Shown piece after piece: positions 60,607-64,000 of a stretch of 64,000 bases of DNA. Origin of the DNA: Candidatus Poribacteria bacterium (GTDB lineage: Bacteria > Poribacteria > WGA-4E > PCPOR2b). Under the pieces are notes generated by a model that saw only the letters and a list, made by a program, of their open reading frames with translations, was not told the origin of the DNA and searched no databases. The stretch is from positions 4,160,001 through 4,224,000 of the forward strand of contig OZ220744.1 in NCBI GenBank assembly GCA_965116925.1, read 5' to 3'. The position numbers and the translations under genes are program-made. Numbering within the stretch: position 1 is the first letter of the stretch; each line of letters starts with the position of its first letter.

Positions 60607-62061
60607 TCAATAAGGGGTCTCCGCTGTTGTTATAGGGCACCAGCGGGAGGTCAACAGGTCGTCCCATAAAGCATTTTGCGCTTCAGGCGTTCCGATCTGA
60701 CGTAACACCGCAGCCGCATAGTAACGAATATACCGGTCCTCATCGCTTAACCTGCCTGCCAATGCTGGTACGATACCGTCCGCGGATTGACCAATCTTTG
60801 CGAGTGCCATCACCGCGTTGAGTCGCACCAACATCTCCGAGTCGCTTGAGACCTGCATCAATGCGGGTACAATATCTTCAGCAGGTGCTGCGATTGTTCC
60901 TAACGCCTCCGCTGCATTACGGCGGATCCACGAACTCTCATCACGGAGTCGCTGAATCAATGCGGGCACAGCCTCTTCCGCAAGCGAGCCCAGATTGCCC
61001 AACGTATCCGCGGCTGCCGCACGGGTGGGCCAAGACACATCCCCTAACGCCGAAATCAATGCCGGCACACTGGACTGCCCCACCTCGGTCAGCGCTTGGG
61101 AGGCATACAAATCTGCTGGATTGCCCCCTTGTGGATTCGCTGCAGTTTTTGCGACATTTGTTTTCGCCAAAGCCTCGGCTTCTTCTTGTAACGCTTGCAT
61201 TAGTGCCGGTACGACGGATTCCCCCAGCCCGCCCAGCGCGTAAGCTGAATTCAGACGAACACCCTCATCTGTATCTCGTAGCCCCGCTATCAGTTGTGAC
61301 ACAGAGCCATTTTCGTCGGGTGCGACGGGCATTGAATCCCTGCCATCACTTTGGGAGAGCCATCTCCAGACATGCCTCGATAACGCCTGATGTTTGTCGT
61401 TATCCGCAGGTTGCCAGTGCGTATGCCCGTTACCCGGTAGGGATTGAGAGGGTTCCTGCATCCGTGTAAACTGAAACTTCAGCATGTAACGTTTTTTGTT
61501 GCTACGATTTGCTGTCGCCCGATGCCACGAATCGAAATTGACAAGTGTTACCGTGCCCGCCTTCCCGCAAAGCGGCTTCGCCTGCTCAGTGCTTTGCCTC
61601 GGATTTGTGTCGGAAACCGTATTGTAATACTGCTTTCCGGGTAAGACCCCTGTCGGTCCCATGTCTTCGGTGACATCTTGTGGATAGTAGAAAGCCATCA
61701 CCCATCGAAAGCGATGATGCCGCACCTTTTGGTCAAATATATAGTCATCCTTATGCCAAGTTTGTCCGTCACTCCCCGGTGAGTTGAGATGACAGTAGCG
61801 GTGGGGGTGCATCAGGTAATCTGGACCCATCAGACTCGTCAATGCACCGCAAACCTTCGGATGCTCGAAAACCCTCTGAATATCAGGGATCCGGGGCAGC
61901 AGATTGTTTCCCGGGTTACCTTCCTTCGCAAGTACCTCTTCGATCTGCTGATAGATGTCCTCGTGAATGTTGGTCGGGAAATCAGCTTGAATTTGGATAT
62001 ACCCGTTGAGGATAAAATCCCGAATTTCTTCGGGGGTAAGGAGATCAGTTTTGTCCACCAT
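60607..62061 (-). CDS. PhyH-like 2OG-Fe(II) dioxygenase domain fused to HEAT repeats
   Basis: WHKD...MGPT...WHRA..N facial-triad pattern; repeated VPALI..L.D...R.NAA.ALG. Confidence 0.85.
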   Translation of the reverse strand: MVDKTDLLTPEEIRDFILNGYIQIQADFPTNIHEDIYQQIEEVLAKEGNPGNNLLPRIPDIQRVFEHPKVCGALTSLMGPDYLMHPHRYCHLNSPGSDGQTWHKDDYIFDQKVRHHRFRWVMAFYYPQDVTEDMGPTGVLPGKQYYNTVSDTNPRQSTEQAKPLCGKAGTVTLVNFDSWHRATANRSNKKRYMLKFQFTRMQEPSQSLPGNGHTHWQPADNDKHQALSRHVWRWLSQSDGRDSMPVAPDENGSVSQLIAGLRDTDEGVRLNSAYALGGLGESVVPALMQALQEEAEALAKTNVAKTAANPQGGNPADLYASQALTEVGQSSVPALISALGDVSWPTRAAAADTLGNLGSLAEEAVPALIQRLRDESSWIRRNAAEALGTIAAPAEDIVPALMQVSSDSEMLVRLNAVMALAKIGQSADGIVPALAGRLSDEDRYIRYYAAAVLRQIGTPEAQNALWDDLLTSRWCPITTAETPY

Positions 62062-62108
62062 TCCCTTTTTTCCTTTCAGTATGGGTTCGCCTACTTCCCT
62101 TGTGCAAG

Positions 62109-62765
62109 CTAAAGCTTCATGAGTTCAGATTCGCTCAGGTGTGGTCGGATTTTTTCCGCAAATTCAGCGACTGTCTCATCGACCGTTGCCGTGGAAGTGT
62201 CCAGCGTTATCTTGTTTTTAATTGACGAATTTTGGTGTGCATCCTCGAATTTTTGCAACACATCTGGGATGTCCTGTTCAGGTACAACGGGGTATTTATG
62301 GGGATTTTCTTTCATCCGTTTGGCAATAACTTCGGGGGAAGCCTTCACCAAGACAAGCACAGTTTCAGGTGCAAAGTTGAGGATACGCTGCTCAAGGCTT
62401 TTTGCTATCGTTTGCCGGTCGCCCAGTTCACCCGGTCCCCCGTAACCGTAGTATAGGGGTCCATATATTCCATCTTCGATATGGATACCGATTCCGAGAA
62501 AGTCCTCTCCCGATGAGGACTGGGCGGGTGTGTGATAGTAGAGGTTGTGCCGCATTATAACCTCTGTCAGCCGCGGACTAAGCGCGTCGAACTGGGCGAT
62601 TTCTTCCTCAGTAAGCTCAGGTCCGTGGGGCTTGGTATCCGGCAGCTTGAAGTGGTCATGGATGAGCGTAAACTCCTTGCCCATTGTCTCTTTGGTCCAT
62701 TCATTGATTGCGTGGGCTAATGTCGTTGTGCCGCTGTATTCACAACCGATCAGGATAAGTCTCAT
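62109..62765 (-). CDS. P-loop nucleotide-kinase-like protein with atypical Walker A
   Basis: RLILIGCEYSGTTTLA, LVLVKASPEVIAKR, LDTS. Confidence 0.65.
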   Translation of the reverse strand: MRLILIGCEYSGTTTLAHAINEWTKETMGKEFTLIHDHFKLPDTKPHGPELTEEEIAQFDALSPRLTEVIMRHNLYYHTPAQSSSGEDFLGIGIHIEDGIYGPLYYGYGGPGELGDRQTIAKSLEQRILNFAPETVLVLVKASPEVIAKRMKENPHKYPVVPEQDIPDVLQKFEDAHQNSSIKNKITLDTSTATVDETVAEFAEKIRPHLSESELMKL

Positions 62766-62895
62766 TTTTTCCTCCGTTAGTTTTGGGTTGATGGAGAGTT
62801 GTTTCTAACAAACAATTGTTCTGTCAAAGAAAGTTTCCTTCACCGCAGAGATGCGGAGAGGCAGAGAAAAACTGAATTTAACGCATTTTTCGCGC

Positions 62896-63867
62896 CTACT
62901 GTTCTCTATAGGCTGCACTAGCAGCGTTCAAGGTATCAATCGCTTCGTCCGGCAATACTATCTCTGTGCCAGCGAAATTGTCCTCAACATGCTCAGGATG
63001 TTCAGCACCAGCCAGTACGCTTGTCACCTCTGGATGGGTCAGCACCCAAGCGACACAAACTGTAGCACGACTCACACACAGATCTTGAGCTACTCGGTCC
63101 AACACATCTATCAGTGTCGCTAGCGGTGTATCCGGATCGATATTACGCCCCGGCACAAGGTGTCCGGTGTCCAAAGGACTAAAAGCGAGAAGTCCCAATC
63201 CTGAGTGCCGTAACACGGGAAACATCTCCTGCTCCAGCTGATGCACACGAGACTCGCCTGTTTCAGTCAAGGATTCTCCAGCGATGTTATAGTAATCCTC
63301 AGTGCCTGCAATAGGTGCTTTGCCCGTGCTTTGACCGAGTTCGACGTACTTGCTCACCTGGGACGCACTATGGTTGGAGACACCCCAGTATCGAATTTTC
63401 CCTGACCGCACTAGCGCGTCCATTGAATCAACGACCTCTGCTGCTGGGGTAGCTTTATCGGGTTGATGGAGTAGATAGAGATCAATGTAGTCGGTCTGTA
63501 GCCGTCTGAGGCTGCCTTCGGCTTGTTCAAAGAGAAAATCACGGGTGAAGCACGCTGGCTTCCCCGGACTATCCTCTTTTTCTGGCGCGTATGATGCCGC
63601 GACTTTGGTGCAAATAACCATCTGATCGCGCTGTCCTGCAATCGCCTTCCCCAAGTTCTCTTCTGCCCCGCCCCACCCGTAAGCATTTGATGAATCGAAG
63701 AAGTTCACACCTACCTCAATACAGTGTTGCAGCACACGCAACCCCATTGTATCCACTTCCCGTGGCATATTCCGAAATGCGGTCCCCTGACAAAGACGAG
63801 AGACGTACAAATCGGTCTGTCCGAAACGGACTAGATGCGAGGGTTGTTCATTTGACTTTTCTGCCAT
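62896..63867 (-). CDS. Aldo/keto reductase
   Basis: FFDSSNAYG, ICTK, SLRRLQTDYIDLYLLH, GKIRYWGVSN. Confidence 0.9.
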   Translation of the reverse strand: MAEKSNEQPSHLVRFGQTDLYVSRLCQGTAFRNMPREVDTMGLRVLQHCIEVGVNFFDSSNAYGWGGAEENLGKAIAGQRDQMVICTKVAASYAPEKEDSPGKPACFTRDFLFEQAEGSLRRLQTDYIDLYLLHQPDKATPAAEVVDSMDALVRSGKIRYWGVSNHSASQVSKYVELGQSTGKAPIAGTEDYYNIAGESLTETGESRVHQLEQEMFPVLRHSGLGLLAFSPLDTGHLVPGRNIDPDTPLATLIDVLDRVAQDLCVSRATVCVAWVLTHPEVTSVLAGAEHPEHVEDNFAGTEIVLPDEAIDTLNAASAAYREQ

Positions 63868-64000
63868 TATTCACTCCTTTTTTATTTTCTTTCCTTAATT
63901 TCCCCTTCCTCCGTTTTCCAATTCTTCATAAGAATCCTGTCTGCTGAACCGTGTGAGTATATCGCCAATTTTATCTTGTAGGGCGCGCCGCGGACTCACG

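Overview
Bacterial chromosome window that most resembles Candidatus Poribacteria. This is an inference from the C-terminal AVExxGKLTTTWGxLK tail, a dockerin-like fragment, BNR/sialidase-like and PhyH-HEAT proteins, and dense REP/MITE repeats. Housekeeping genes are nrdR-nrdJ, an EF-G paralogue, smc, queG, rpoB-rpoC, udk, moaB and purS, alongside many catabolic oxidoreductases. I saw no rRNA, tRNA, CRISPR array or intact transposase. Most notable observations: (1) a tandemly duplicated two-gene module pairs a TolB-like lipoprotein with a TonB-like-anchored DUF4159-type protein; one copy has an in-frame TGA followed by an fdhF-like SECIS hairpin (candidate new selenoprotein). (2) The same ~75-aa domain is inserted in both RpoB and a membrane triheme cytochrome. 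(3) RpoC has a 4-Cys insert near its N-terminus. (4) A non-autonomous IS200/IS605 element sits exactly between the Shine-Dalgarno (SD) sequence and the ATG of an HtrA-like gene that has lost its catalytic triad. (5) Some ribosome-binding sites appear to be bridged by hairpins. (6) There is a multi-branch structured RNA candidate and multi-level nesting of REP-bearing MITEs. All family calls are by eye from motifs; no searches were run.
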